DNA from: Schizochytrium sp. TIO01
Taxonomy: Eukaryota > Protista > Bigyra: Labyrinthulomycetes
DNA length: 64,000 nt
Assembly (NCBI GenBank): GCA_004764695.1
Contig: SMSO01000031.1
Span: 8,042,761 to 8,106,760 of the forward strand
Reading direction: 5' to 3'
In this document: positions 24,610-35,807 of the stretch, one piece after another
Layout of the letters: each line of letters starts with the position of its first letter
Numbering within the stretch: position 1 is the stretch's first letter
Made by a program: the position numbers and the translations under genes
The notes under the pieces: model-generated
Databases searched by the model: none
Seen by the model: only the letters and a program-made list of their open reading frames with translations
What the model was told of the DNA's origin: nothing

Positions 24610-25792
24610 TAGCCAGCCAGCCAGCCAGCCGACACGGTTACCCGCGAGCTGGCCAGCTCCAGAAACCCCAACCCAGGCAGCCTCGAGTTGGCATCCATCA
24701 AAGGTCGTCCAGATCATCAGACTCCAAAACTCCCTGACCAGGAACCATCTCGAGCTGCAAGCTAGATCTTCATACTATTCTCAAGAAGCGCCGCGCGTGG
24801 CCTCCTCCCGGCTCACCTGTAGGTCGCGCTTAGTCCTGTCTGTCTGTCATTCTTCCTCTCTATTTTACAGAATCGATCGCCGTATTAGCTATCGTCTTGG
24901 AGATTGGTCGATAGCTCTCATCTGTTCGTGGCTTTGCATCAATAGCTTTGTGTGAGTTGAGTTGAGTTGAGTTGAGTTGGCGAGCTATCTTTGTCTTTGG
25001 CGTGCGCGTGTCCGTCTATCAGTCTGGCTGTGAGTTTGTTTGTTTGTTTGTTTGTTTGTTTTGGTCTCCGTCAATTGTTTTCTGTTTATCTGGTTGAAAG
25101 TTTCTTTCTTTCTTTCTTTCTTTCTTCTTTCTTTCTTTCTTTCTTCTCTCTGTGCTTTGTCTCTAATCGGTGGTTTCTTTTTTGAGTGAAAGGAAAGTGT
25201 CTTTTGGAACTGGGAAGAAAGAAGGCGGCCTCTTTTGATTATTCCCTTCTTTCTCCTCTTTCTTTGTAAAACTTTTTTTCTTTCTTTTTATTAATATCGA
25301 GATAAAAAGATAAACTAAAAAGTAAAAAGTAAAAAGAAGAAGTAAAAGTAAGTTTGATAAAAAGAAAGGCCAAAGAAAGGACACTTACGAGCCCACGCGC
25401 TTCGTGGGAAGAGGCCGAGCGAGGGAGTACGCAATTCGGAAACTCGCTGTCGTGCAGGCTCGCACATACGCAGGCTCCTGGCGAGGAGGAGGTGATACCG
25501 GCAGCACTTGCCCATCCTTCTAAGATCCACCAGTAGATCGACGAGTCGATCTACAATCAACCTGCAGAGCGGATTTGCTTGGGCTTGAGGTATTCTCATT
25601 TCATTTCATTTCGTTTCGTTTCGTTTCTTCTCATTTCACCTCTTTCATTGCTTTGCTTTGCGTTGTTTACTCAATTGAGCAAAGACTAAGTGGGTGCAGA
25701 AGGTACGCGCCGCCGAGAGAGAGAACTTGAACGAGCGAGCGCGTATTTGCGTGTTTGATTATTAGCTGAGCTGAGCTGAGCTGAGCTGAGCC
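24610..25792. repeat. Cluster of short microsatellites upstream of the 7TM-RGS gene: (AGCC)n, (GAGTT)n, (TTTG)n, (TTTC)n, (GCTGA)n
   Basis: Seen at about 24612, 24953, 25034, 25100 and 25765. Confidence 0.85.
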
Positions 25793-26011
25793 ACGTTCTT
25801 CCTCCCACACGCGTCAGGAGTGATTGCGATTAGGTTGCAGAAGCCGTCCTGCTTCTTGGTGGTGGTAGTGTGGCGCAAAGGCTTTGTGCATTCCGACATT
25901 CACTCATTCCACGATTTATTTCATTGGCTCCACATTTTTTTCTTTTTTAATTCTGCTCTCTTCATTGCGCACGTTTTTTTTGTTTTGTTTTTGTTTTTTA
26001 TTTGTTTTTAG
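25703..26011 (+). other. Putative 5'-UTR intron of the 7TM-RGS gene
   Basis: Donor-like AAG|GTACGC at 25703; long T-rich tract ending TTTTTAG at 26011. Confidence 0.35.
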
Positions 26012-26248
26012 CTGTATAAGAAAATAGAATAAAAAAGTCGCGAGCGAATAGGGCTGAATAGGAAGAACGCTAGACACACATAAGAGTGTGAGCACGAGTT
26101 CCGATTTTCACAAGTAGCAAAAGAGCCGTAAAGGAGTATTTAATAAGAGGAAGGAAGGTCTAGCTAGATAGTGGCCATTGCAAGCAAGAACAGCAGCAGC
26201 AAATCCCAAACAACCACCTGAAGACGAGAGGTTGTTTGATCGGCAAAC

Positions 26249-28135
26249 ATGGTGTCCTATTCTATGGTCGCGGGCGTGGTGACGCTGGGCCTGCTGTGGT
26301 CTTTCAACCTGGGCGTCGTCTACTTTCGCGAGAACCGCGAAATCAGAATTCGAGGACCTTGGGAGACCGTGGAAGTGGCGTTCTTCGTTGCGGGTCTGGC
26401 ATCATTCGGCATGCTCAACACTATTGATGAGCCTTTTATTCCTTGCTTTGGATACATGCTCTGGGGTCTGGTGCCAATGGTATTTGTCTGGCCTGCATTC
26501 TACTTATATATTATTCGGTATGCACGCTTGTATCACCTCAACCGCATGCGCTCAAAGAGCTCCAACTCATCGTCAAAGAGCGATGGTGTTGTAACTGTGG
26601 AGGGGGAGATCTACTTCCCCAAGACGACCTGCTGGAGCAGGTGCTGCGACGGAGCTGTATCATTTTCAGCGCGCATCACAGAAAAGAAGAACATCAACTT
26701 GCTTGTCAGGTTGTGGCTCGCCTGCTTTTTCATTCTAGCAAGTTGCCTTCTTGCTGTTTACAGCACCCACATGAATGATCGTGTAGTCCCTGCATCCTGG
26801 GAGGACTGTCGCGAGCACTACCCAATGTGGTATGTTTGCTTCTCAGTTATGCTTCTTGAAGGAGGCTTTTTCCTCTTTCTTCTCTTCGGTACAATCATCG
26901 ATATCGGCCGTGAGGCATCTAAGCGTGGAGATTCTCTCGGAATTCGTACCATGCTTCGGCGCATGGGCCTCGACGCTTTCCTCAGCATGATCTGCTTCCT
27001 AGTTCTAGTGCTCCTGCATTTCCTTGATCACATCGAAGGACGCTGGATTTTCATTTCATTTGTGCCTTTTATCATCACCTTCTACATTGATCTTACTTTT
27101 ATTCCCACAATGCGTGCGTTGGTAAATATGCGTAGGGCTAACCGTATCGCGCGCCAAAACGGCATTCTCGACCAAGATCACCTTAGCCAGGTACTCAAGA
27201 TTAGCGAGTGCAAAACACCTGCTGAGCTTGCACGTGTCCAGAACCTCATTCGCCTTCAGGCTTTCCTGATGACAAAAGATGGCTACCGCTCAATGCACGA
27301 GCACCTTGCCATGGAGTTTGGTCTTGAATCTCTACTCTTTGTGACTGAGGCTGTCAAGTATGCTGCTGACTTTTCCCACTTTGATGAGGACGATGACATC
27401 TCAGAGGCTGCTTCTGAGGATGAACGTAGTCTCCTTACTAAGCAAGCCTCTAAGACAAGCCGAGGTGTGCCTCCATCAGACATTGATGAAGACGAACAAT
27501 CATATGGCCCAGCTTCGTCGGTTCTTGAGTCTGAAGATGACGATGAGACCCAGACCACCGTGTCTACAAACGAAGGAAACACGCCTGTTGTGAAGATCCC
27601 GAAGCGTAAGAGGAACAAAAAGGTGGCCCTCAGCAGTGCTATGGTTCCTAAATCGTCTGTCACAGGGCATACTTTGCAAAAGAAGTTGCGCAACCAATTT
27701 CGTGGCAAGCGCCGTGAAAATGCGAAAAAATATACCTACGAGGACATGGCAAGTCGTTGCATCAAGATCTACACCAAGTTTGTCCACAACAATGCGCCAT
27801 ACCAGATTAACATTCCTGCCAGCATGCTCTCTCGTTTCCGTGGCATTGGATTTGTCACGAGAAACCTGAAAGCAGAACGTGCTAGTCTCGCAGATATCGA
27901 GACTGGGTCCACCACCAGCTCTCAGGTGGTCGAATTTGAGGCTACCCCGACAATTTTCAACGACCTTGTCATGGAGGTACTTGCAATGGTCTATCGTGAT
28001 TCTTTTCAACGTTACCTTGTTCGTAAACACAATCGTGAACTATGGGAGAAATTCGATGCCACCTCGACACAAATGGATATGCTTACAGAAAACTCCTCGC
28101 AGTACACCTCGCAGGCCTCCTCCGGGACAGACTAA
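26249..28135 (+). CDS. Seven-transmembrane regulator of G-protein signalling (7TM-RGS)
   Basis: Seven hydrophobic segments with RxxxxIRxRxP after TM1 and DSLGIR before TM6. RGS motifs HLAMEFGLESLLF, IYTKFVHNNAPYQINIP and IFNDLVMEVLAMVYRDSFQRY. Confidence 0.88.
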   Translation: MVSYSMVAGVVTLGLLWSFNLGVVYFRENREIRIRGPWETVEVAFFVAGLASFGMLNTIDEPFIPCFGYMLWGLVPMVFVWPAFYLYIIRYARLYHLNRMRSKSSNSSSKSDGVVTVEGEIYFPKTTCWSRCCDGAVSFSARITEKKNINLLVRLWLACFFILASCLLAVYSTHMNDRVVPASWEDCREHYPMWYVCFSVMLLEGGFFLFLLFGTIIDIGREASKRGDSLGIRTMLRRMGLDAFLSMICFLVLVLLHFLDHIEGRWIFISFVPFIITFYIDLTFIPTMRALVNMRRANRIARQNGILDQDHLSQVLKISECKTPAELARVQNLIRLQAFLMTKDGYRSMHEHLAMEFGLESLLFVTEAVKYAADFSHFDEDDDISEAASEDERSLLTKQASKTSRGVPPSDIDEDEQSYGPASSVLESEDDDETQTTVSTNEGNTPVVKIPKRKRNKKVALSSAMVPKSSVTGHTLQKKLRNQFRGKRRENAKKYTYEDMASRCIKIYTKFVHNNAPYQINIPASMLSRFRGIGFVTRNLKAERASLADIETGSTTSSQVVEFEATPTIFNDLVMEVLAMVYRDSFQRYLVRKHNRELWEKFDATSTQMDMLTENSSQYTSQASSGTD

Positions 28136-28616
28136 AAGAAGTCGTGAAGGAACCGTCCACGGCTTTCTTGCTTTGTCCATATTTCCTTATTCTGATTTGC
28201 TTATTCATCTGTTGCATTGAGGACCATCCTCATGAAGTTGATAAGTGCTCGAGCAAGCTTGCTTTTATGAAAGTAAAATAGTACTCTAGTTGCGCAATAA
28301 TGTTCTTTCTAGCCAGCCACAAGCCTCGTGTGAAATAAATAAACAATATTCTATTCTTGTTGTTTATGTTTCTTCTCTTTCTGTTCAAGTTATCTCTCCG
28401 GACATCCGCGCGTATGTAAGTAAGCCCCTTTTGCTTTGAAGCACACGATGTTAGCTTAACCAAAGGCTTTCAGAAACTTATATTCGATTACATTTTTACA
28501 TTTGAAAAAAAAATTCGCTTTGGAAAAGATCACTCTCTCTGCCTTGGTACAATAAATTTGGCATCAAGAAGATGCGATGACTTGAGATTGAGAATGATTT
28601 CCTGCATCATTCCGAG

Positions 28617-28835
28617 TTAATCAGTATGCGGGCAGGATTTCATGTGATCCGGGTTCGTTTGACGGCGCTTGAGCTTGTCCTCAGGCTGAGCAGCCGTGTA
28701 AGTTGCCAGCACCATCGCCCCGGCGCCACCAGCAAGGACAACCGCCAGCGGCATCATATTCGAAGAAGGCGATGCATGCGAAGCCGCTTTGTTGCTCATA
28801 GAGCGTGTTGCGATGCGCACAGCAGGGCCAAACAT
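28617..28835 (-). CDS. Small (~72 aa) single-TM protein with mitochondrial presequence-like N-terminus
   Basis: MFGPAVRIATRSMSNKAAS is Arg/Ser/Ala-rich with no acidic residues, followed by TM LAVVLAGGAGAMVLATY. Coding-like codon use; ATG at 28835. Confidence 0.55.
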   Translation of the reverse strand: MFGPAVRIATRSMSNKAASHASPSSNMMPLAVVLAGGAGAMVLATYTAAQPEDKLKRRQTNPDHMKSCPHTD

Positions 28836-30667
28836 TTTCAATAATTCGACTGGTTTGGCTTACAAGGTTGCAGCAAAGATCTCTTGTCTCAAGGTGAACT
28901 GTACCTAGTCTCGCTTCTTGCAAGAGAAGTCTCAAGTTGTGAGCATGAACGAAGAACTCCTGTTCAGGGTTTGCTGCTCCAAAAATCTAAATCGTTCGAC
29001 CCAAAACAAACCTGATCGACCTATCCAAAGATCTTGGAGCAAGATCTGGCACCGCACTCCATCAGCCATGGGGCACAGTGCAAGTCTCTCGAGCGCGATA
29101 GATTCACTCTGTCTCCTCCACTCACACTGACAGACTTTTACAGAGGAGAACCCGACCGCTGAAGGCTCTCGCAGGCTTCTCCACTGGCGACTGTGGTCTC
29201 TCACTCACTACAATATAATTTGTGTTTTGTATTTGGCTTACTTTTACTTCGTGCTGACACACACACTGCACCCAAATTACTTTTCTCCGACACTTCCCAC
29301 TGCACCTATATAAACGAGTAAAAACCGAACATTTAAAATACTCCTCATATTATTTTCCAGTGAGGATGCTCGTAGTGGCCACGACACGAAATACACTGGT
29401 TAGTATTGAGGCCTTTGGAGGGGAGCAGAGTTTGAGTTTTGTAGCCCAGTATCACGTCCCAACTCTGGTCCATTTTGCGACCTCGTTTCTCGTACGCAGA
29501 AGCGTCCAAAATCCGCTCCGCACAGATGCAAAAAGGGTTGCTCTGTCTGGTTTCAGAAGTTCCAGCGGCCCCCAGTTCGTCGAGAGGGAAGGCCATAATT
29601 CTGGGGTCCCAGTATGACACTTGGCAAGCCTCTTGTCCTTCTTCTTTCTTTTTTCTAATTTTTTTTAATAAGAATCATCACATTCAAGTCCTAACTAATG
29701 ATGGGACATATGAAGAGGCGGTGCTGCAACCAAGGCGGCGTGGGCGACGAATCTCTAGGCCGCTGCGCGCTCAGCCAGTCAACCAGCCAGCCAGCAACGG
29801 GATCGCGAGGTCGCCTCGAGGAGGTCCTATGCCAGGCTTGGAAGGTAGGCTGCCTGTCAGTCTGTCTGTGTGTCTGTATATTTTTGCCATTTGGCAAAGG
29901 CCGTCTCCGCCCTCTCAGTCTGAACCCAACAGGGCAGGCGAAGCCAAAAACCTTGCACAGAAGCTCGCTGTGGTAGGCCCTGTGTGGGCTTCTTCGAGGG
30001 GAAGCAGCCGCAGAATGCCGCCTCTCGCTGAGAGGGGTTGCCAAGAAGCCTACAAGCGAGCGAGCCCCTCTAGTAGTGGTTTCTCCTCCACGCCATCAGC
30101 GCTGTCAGCTCACGGTATCCATCAAGTCAAGGCGAGCCACTTGACCCGATCAACCATCGCCATACAGCACGCCCGCTCAGAGCACGCAGCGAGGTGCCAT
30201 GCCGCCGTCAAGGGCGGGCAGGCCCTTGTTACTGCGCGAGGGCTCAGGCTCCGCCCCTCGCCGCAGAGGGCGCAGTTCTTGCGAGCCCCGCCCTCTCAGC
30301 GCTTGTCATATGCAATGCACGATTCCGGTGCCTCGCACCTCCCAACCTTGTTCTGGTGCGTTCGCACCACCCCTGAGCTCACATGATGCGGTAAATTGAA
30401 AAGCCAAAAGCAGAGAATGGAAACAACAACGGGTCGAAGAAAGCAGCCCACGGAAACAGGAGCTCCGCCTTCGCCCTCTCGAGCTTTCCGCTGAGTGAGG
30501 GGGGGGTGCGAAAGCGCCGGCCGGAGCGAAGGGGCGGCGAAATGCACAGCAAGCGGTTTGTAAAAGGCCCAAAGCTGCCGAGGTGCGCCTTGTGTTTGTT
30601 TGCCGTTTGCGACGTCGGGCAAATCGGTCTAAATCTTCAAAGTGAAATTCAAACTCGAATTGAAACG

Positions 30668-30741
30668 TTTAAATGTTTAAATGTTTAAATGCTGAAAATT
30701 CAAATGCTGAGAATTCAAATGCTGAGAATTCAAATGCTGAA
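30668..30741. repeat. Tandem 8-mer (TTTAAATG, ~x3) running into tandem 15-mer (AAATGCTGA[A/G]AATTC, ~x3.6)
   Basis: Read directly from the sequence. Confidence 0.9.
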
Positions 30742-32424
30742 AGGCGGATTTCGAAAAGGCGCCTTCGAAAAGAGGAAAGCAAAATCGAAAGCGGAGGCGA
30801 CCGCGGCGAAGCGGCGAAGGAGGACGCCGGGAGCAGCGGCGCGAAGACTGGAGAAGACACCCGAGCAAAACGGGCGTGCGTGCGTGCTTGCGTGCGTGGG
30901 CCAACAAGAAGACTCGAGAGAGGTCTGTCTGTCTGTCTGTCTGTCTAAGTCAGAAGCAAATCGGGAACAGGGCGGGCGACGGCGTAGAAAGCCTTCGCTC
31001 AATATTGTAGCGGAGACGGCGGCAGCGGCGGCTGAAGACTGAAGACTGAAGACTGAAGAGCGAAGACTGGGCACCTGAGGAGTGGGAACGAGCAGGCGAC
31101 CACGAGAAGACCAAGGTGAAGGCTGAAGAGGAGACGCCAAGGCGGTGGGGTATCCTGGCTTGAGGGCCGGGTCGAAGTTGAAGGCTGGATTTGAGTGAGC
31201 TCGAATTCGGATTTAAAGTTGAATTTGAATTTGAGCTGTTTGAAGTTGAACTTTTGGCTAAGTTGGACTTAAGACCGCCAGACCAATCGAGGCAAGCTTG
31301 GAACCGACCTGGATGCGTGGAAACATACGCCACGGTGCCTTCTATTCGTTCACGCAGGCGCCGCCGCGGAGGTGGGCTGCCGCAGCGCCTTCGCGGCCAA
31401 CGTCAGCGGCTTGAGCGTCTGAAACTCCAACAACGGCGTCTTAAACGGCTGCATCGATGCCGACCATCTTCCATGGAGGTTCAAGAGGGCTCCAGCTCTG
31501 ATGTGCCTAGCGATGAGGAGCCCTCATGTGGCGACACAGACCCGCTTCCGTCAACGTATCGTGGCCTTGGCGAGGGCTCTCGATTCAGGAGACTCGGCGG
31601 CGCCTCCACCTCTCCATTTCGCACACCCCTTCCTGGGGACCTCTTCGGGGACCTCTCTAGCGCTCTCAACCTTATCCATGCATGCGCTCCTACGGCGGAG
31701 TCGCGCCTCGCTGCTCTCGAGCGTGACATATTTTCGCGCAGTGAGAGGTCGCCCAAGGTTTTGTTAAGTAGATATGCCGGATTTCGTATAGCTAGAGACG
31801 CGGCCCCTCCTGAGCCTAGTCATGGAGATTGGATTCATACGGGCTGCAATAGAAGTGCTACCAGGACCTCATCTGAGAGCAGAACTTACGACCACTATAG
31901 CTCTCATAAACAGATGCTAGCCACTCCTAGGAATAGGTATATAAGTCGCATGAGCCCCGAACGAGGAGAGCGTGCAGACACGAAAGAACGACGCTGGCAA
32001 TGCCATATCCCAAATCAAAACATTTCTAGAGCGTCACATCGAACCTCTTCCCGGTCTCACCCCTAGCTACTCGCAGGCGAGCGACCTACAGACCTCGTGC
32101 CCGCAGGACGTTCCACCGTTGAATCCCCCTCGCTCATTCTCATTACTACAGTATTCTACAGCCGCTGCCGCCGCCGCCGCAAACTGCGCAAACGTCTCTG
32201 CCCACGCTACCGCCGTCGTACGCGGTGCTTCAGCATCACTCAGTGCTACAGATCGTCTGGTACACAGCGAACCTCCGCTGTACCTCGAGCTAGGGGTAGT
32301 CAGAGTAGGGCAACAACAAGAGCGAGTCTTTAAACGTGAGAGCGGACGTCGAGGCAGCTTGGGCCAAGCAGACGCAGTAGGCTTCAAGGTTGCCGAGCAG
32401 CACCAGACTCACGTACTACCATCA

Positions 32425-33236
32425 ATGGCAAGTGCTCAGAGTTTTGCTGAGATTGCGAGCAGATTCAACACTCCAATCAATTCACAGAATACATTTGCGA
32501 CAAGCTCAACCCCGAGCTCATCGCCTTCGTTAGAGATCTCAGGTGGGGGGGCAGCTTCTAGTACAATAACAATGGAGGGTCCCTCCCGGAGACCAAAAAA
32601 AAGGCCATCCAACGGGACAGTGATTGACCTTGTAGGAGTAGAAGCGCACCATGCTTCAGTGTTTTCGCAAGAAGGTTCCGTGGAACGGCTCAGACCTGAT
32701 AAGGTTCGCAAGCGAAAGGAGCACGATCCTGTATTCTTACCTGGGAAGCAGCACAACGCAACCGATCAATCCAGCCAGTGCATTCAGAACAGCACCAGTC
32801 ACAATAGCGACAATGACGTTGTTGTAGTGGAGTCTTCCAAGGCGGGATCTTCAAGTGTTGATATAATTGACCTACGTCTCTCCCAGCAACATGCAAATCC
32901 AAGTGTAAATAGATCTGGTGCTATGGTAGGATCTGGCTCATCCGGCATATCCCCAAATCCTATTACCCAAGACCCTGCACAGATCAGCTCGAAGCTAACT
33001 AGGGCACCTCGAACTAGCGGAAAACGCCGAAACCCGCCGCGATCTGAGGCTTTTATCAACAGAGTTGTCTCTACGGCTGGGAAACAACCTGCTTCTTCTT
33101 CGTCTTCATCTTCCTCCTCCTCCTCCTCCTCCTCCTCCTCCTCCTCCTCCTCCTCCACCACCACCAACAACAACAACAACAACAACCCTCCTCCTCTTCC
33201 TCCTCCTCTTCCTCCTCCTCCTCCACCACCACCACC

Positions 33237-33273
<37 letters not shown>

Positions 33274-35413
33274 CCCTCCCTCCTCTTCCTCCTCCTCTTC
33301 CTCCTCCTCCTCCTCTATTGAGGCATCAAAAGTGCGGAAGTCCTCCGTGCAAACGCAAGTAATTGACCTCTGCGCAAGTACCACCGAAATGTTTCCAAAT
33401 ACATGTTTTCAGGCTAAAGATACAAGCGCGCAAGCTAATCTAACACGGTTTGACTCAAACGGGCATAGCATGCCTTCCCCTGCTTTGCCTCAACCAAGAG
33501 GCTTTAGAAAACGTCCAGATTACAAGTCCGCTACCATGGCAATGATAGATAAGAAACGCTCTTCGAAAATGTCAAAGTCAAATGACATACCTGGAAGCTG
33601 TTTTGTCATAGACTTGACATCTTGTGATGACGCAGAGGGGATGAAGGCACTCCCCGAGCAAAATACGAGCCGATCAGTGGAGAATTGGATCCTGCATGAT
33701 CCAAACTCCTTCGAAATCACGGTTTTCTTATTCTCTCTTGCTCTCGTGCATAAGCATGATCTATCGATGGAGCACGTTCCAATCGAATGCCGCAACGATG
33801 CCAATGGAGCACACTCGAGTTTTGTGGTGGCTTTTTCTAAACTTCCCCATGTCACGACTCTGAGTAGTTTTATTAAAGATGGACTGAGCCTTGAGGATGA
33901 ACTTGACAAGATTGATGCCCGATTTTACGTGCTTTTCACTTATCTTGGAAGCGACCAGTTCGTCAGGCTCCATACCAAGGAGGACTTTTTATCAAAGTGT
34001 CCCCGATTGCAAGTATGGCCAGAATATCCCGAAGAGCATGCCAAGTCAGCAAGTTTTGATAAGTTGCGTCAACAGCATGGATCATTTTATGCATTTCATG
34101 GAAGTGCAGTTGACAACTATTGGTCAATCCTGCAGACAGGGCTGCGCAACCTCTCAACCACGAAATATCAGGCCCATGGTGCTGTTGCTGGCAATGGAAT
34201 TTACATGTCCCCGTCAGCAAAATACGCATCGCAGTATTGTCAACGGAAAATAAAGAGGAACTTTCTAACAGCATCCCAGCAAATCCCGCCAGGTTTTACT
34301 ACTTTTAATCAGCCTCCAGGGCGTGTGAGTGGCCAACCGAATAGCGCTTTCCCCCAAACAAGTCCGAATCTCAGTCAGGTCAATGACAACCCCAACTTCA
34401 GTCCCTGGACTGCTTGTACTCTTCAGCCGAACAATTTGAACATTATTGCGATTCTGGAAGTGGCATGTGAACGTTCTTCTTTAGTCACTGTTGAAAACTC
34501 AAGAATCGTTGTCAACAATGAAGACGCAGTCATAGTGAGAGGTCTAATGGTCTGGTCTGAAAATACGACCAGTCCGCATCGTCTAGGCAACCCAGACCTT
34601 GTAGATTCGATAGAAGAATGCCTTCCAAAAGAGCTCGTCGGCAACCAAGTACCACTGGCTGAAATTGTAAAACTCCGGGACAGAAATTCCCGAGGTCGTT
34701 TTTTAAGCTACAACGCCTGCCTTGCCAATCGTTCTAGAAGTGGATTTAGGGATGATAGGAATACTTATAATCCTAATCTCCCGCTTGACCAGAAATCGTT
34801 TGATACGATTGAGGAAGCATTGCTACGGCCAAAGCCATATCTCGTTTATTCTGTTACACAAGGCAACCTCGGAGTAGAGATCGAGCTAAGGGATGTAGAC
34901 AATTCAATTTACATTCTTGTTGTTGGGCAGCATATAACATGTTCCTGCTGCGGACAAGTAGTCTCAACGGAGGTTTGTTCACACCAGGCCCATGTCATGA
35001 TCAATATGCTACACTTTGACGTAGGGAACCACATTGAGCTAACCTGGCAAAAGCTACTTGATAAAGGCCAGTACAAAACCCTTTCTACGGCTGTTTCTAA
35101 AAATCTAAAAAGTACCACGCAGCCTGGCTCTAAACTAAGTCTGCCACCTTTTGACGAGACCCAAGTATCCCTTGAAGATCGCCGACGTAGAAAGTGGAAA
35201 CTACCTCAATTATCGAAAGACGAATTTTCACATTTCTGGTTTCAGAAATACAACGAGTACCCAATACCAAGACAAACAAGAAAGTTTCTCTTAGAAGCAC
35301 AGAGTAAATCAAGTGCTTCACCAACATTTGTCGATATTGCTAAGAGATACAACTTGTTCGAACCTCTCGTTGCACGAGCTTATTTCCGCCATTTGAGCAT
35401 CACTTCAACTTAA
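32425..35413 (+). CDS. PARP6/8/16-type ADP-ribosyltransferase with SIM-rich disordered N-terminus, SWIM zinc finger and C-terminal HTH-like motif; frameshifted within a compound trinucleotide repeat
   Basis: PARP motifs YAFHGS..NYWSILQTGL, HGAVAGNGIYMS...ASQYC, IIAILEV and VVNNEDAVIVRGLMV. SWIM ITCSC...CSHQAHVM...WQKLL. ORFs 31972-33321 and 33065-35413 join across the repeat at 33095-33315. First in-frame ATG is at 32425; the true start is uncertain. Confidence 0.8.
33095..33315. repeat. Duplicated compound (TCC)n(ACC)n(AAC)n repeat inside the PARP gene
   Basis: Two copies of a Ser-run/Thr-run/Asn-run/Pro-Pro block. Confidence 0.95.
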
Positions 35414-35807
35414 AGTGGGCTAGTAATCACAGCTAGTACGTGTGTTTAGGTGCGTGCCGCATCTATCCAGTGGCTGTCGCCTGATAATTCAAACAGAACC
35501 TCGAATACAGATGCTATAAGTAGGATTTCGAAGTAAGGGATGCACTACGATTATCTTTGGAGTTTCATCAGCTGAACTTTGTAATTTAAAACCCCTTTTG
35601 CGGGGGGACCAAGAGCTTTTAAAGCAATAGTCACTCGAGATAGACTTATTCATATAAATCCCAACTTTCTTTTTAAATCCATAAGCTTTACGCGTTCGAA
35701 ATCTAAGCATTTGTCTTTGGTAGTGCAGCAACTATTTAATGTGAATTAAGAAAATTTACCCAACCTGGAGATAGAGAATGAAATCCCTACAAAATTTCCT
35801 TCAACTT

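Noticed and set aside
29475-30386. 303-aa ORF
   Set aside because: Non-ATG start, runs through T-tracts and microsatellites, no motifs; probably a GC-rich chance ORF.
30668-30741. Short direct repeats as a CRISPR-like array
   Set aside because: The repeats are head-to-tail with no spacers, there are no cas genes, and the context is eukaryotic.
31191-32066. 291-aa ORF upstream of the PARP gene
   Set aside because: No recognisable domain and an Arg/Ser-rich shadow composition. It could be a decayed 5' extension, but I cannot support that.
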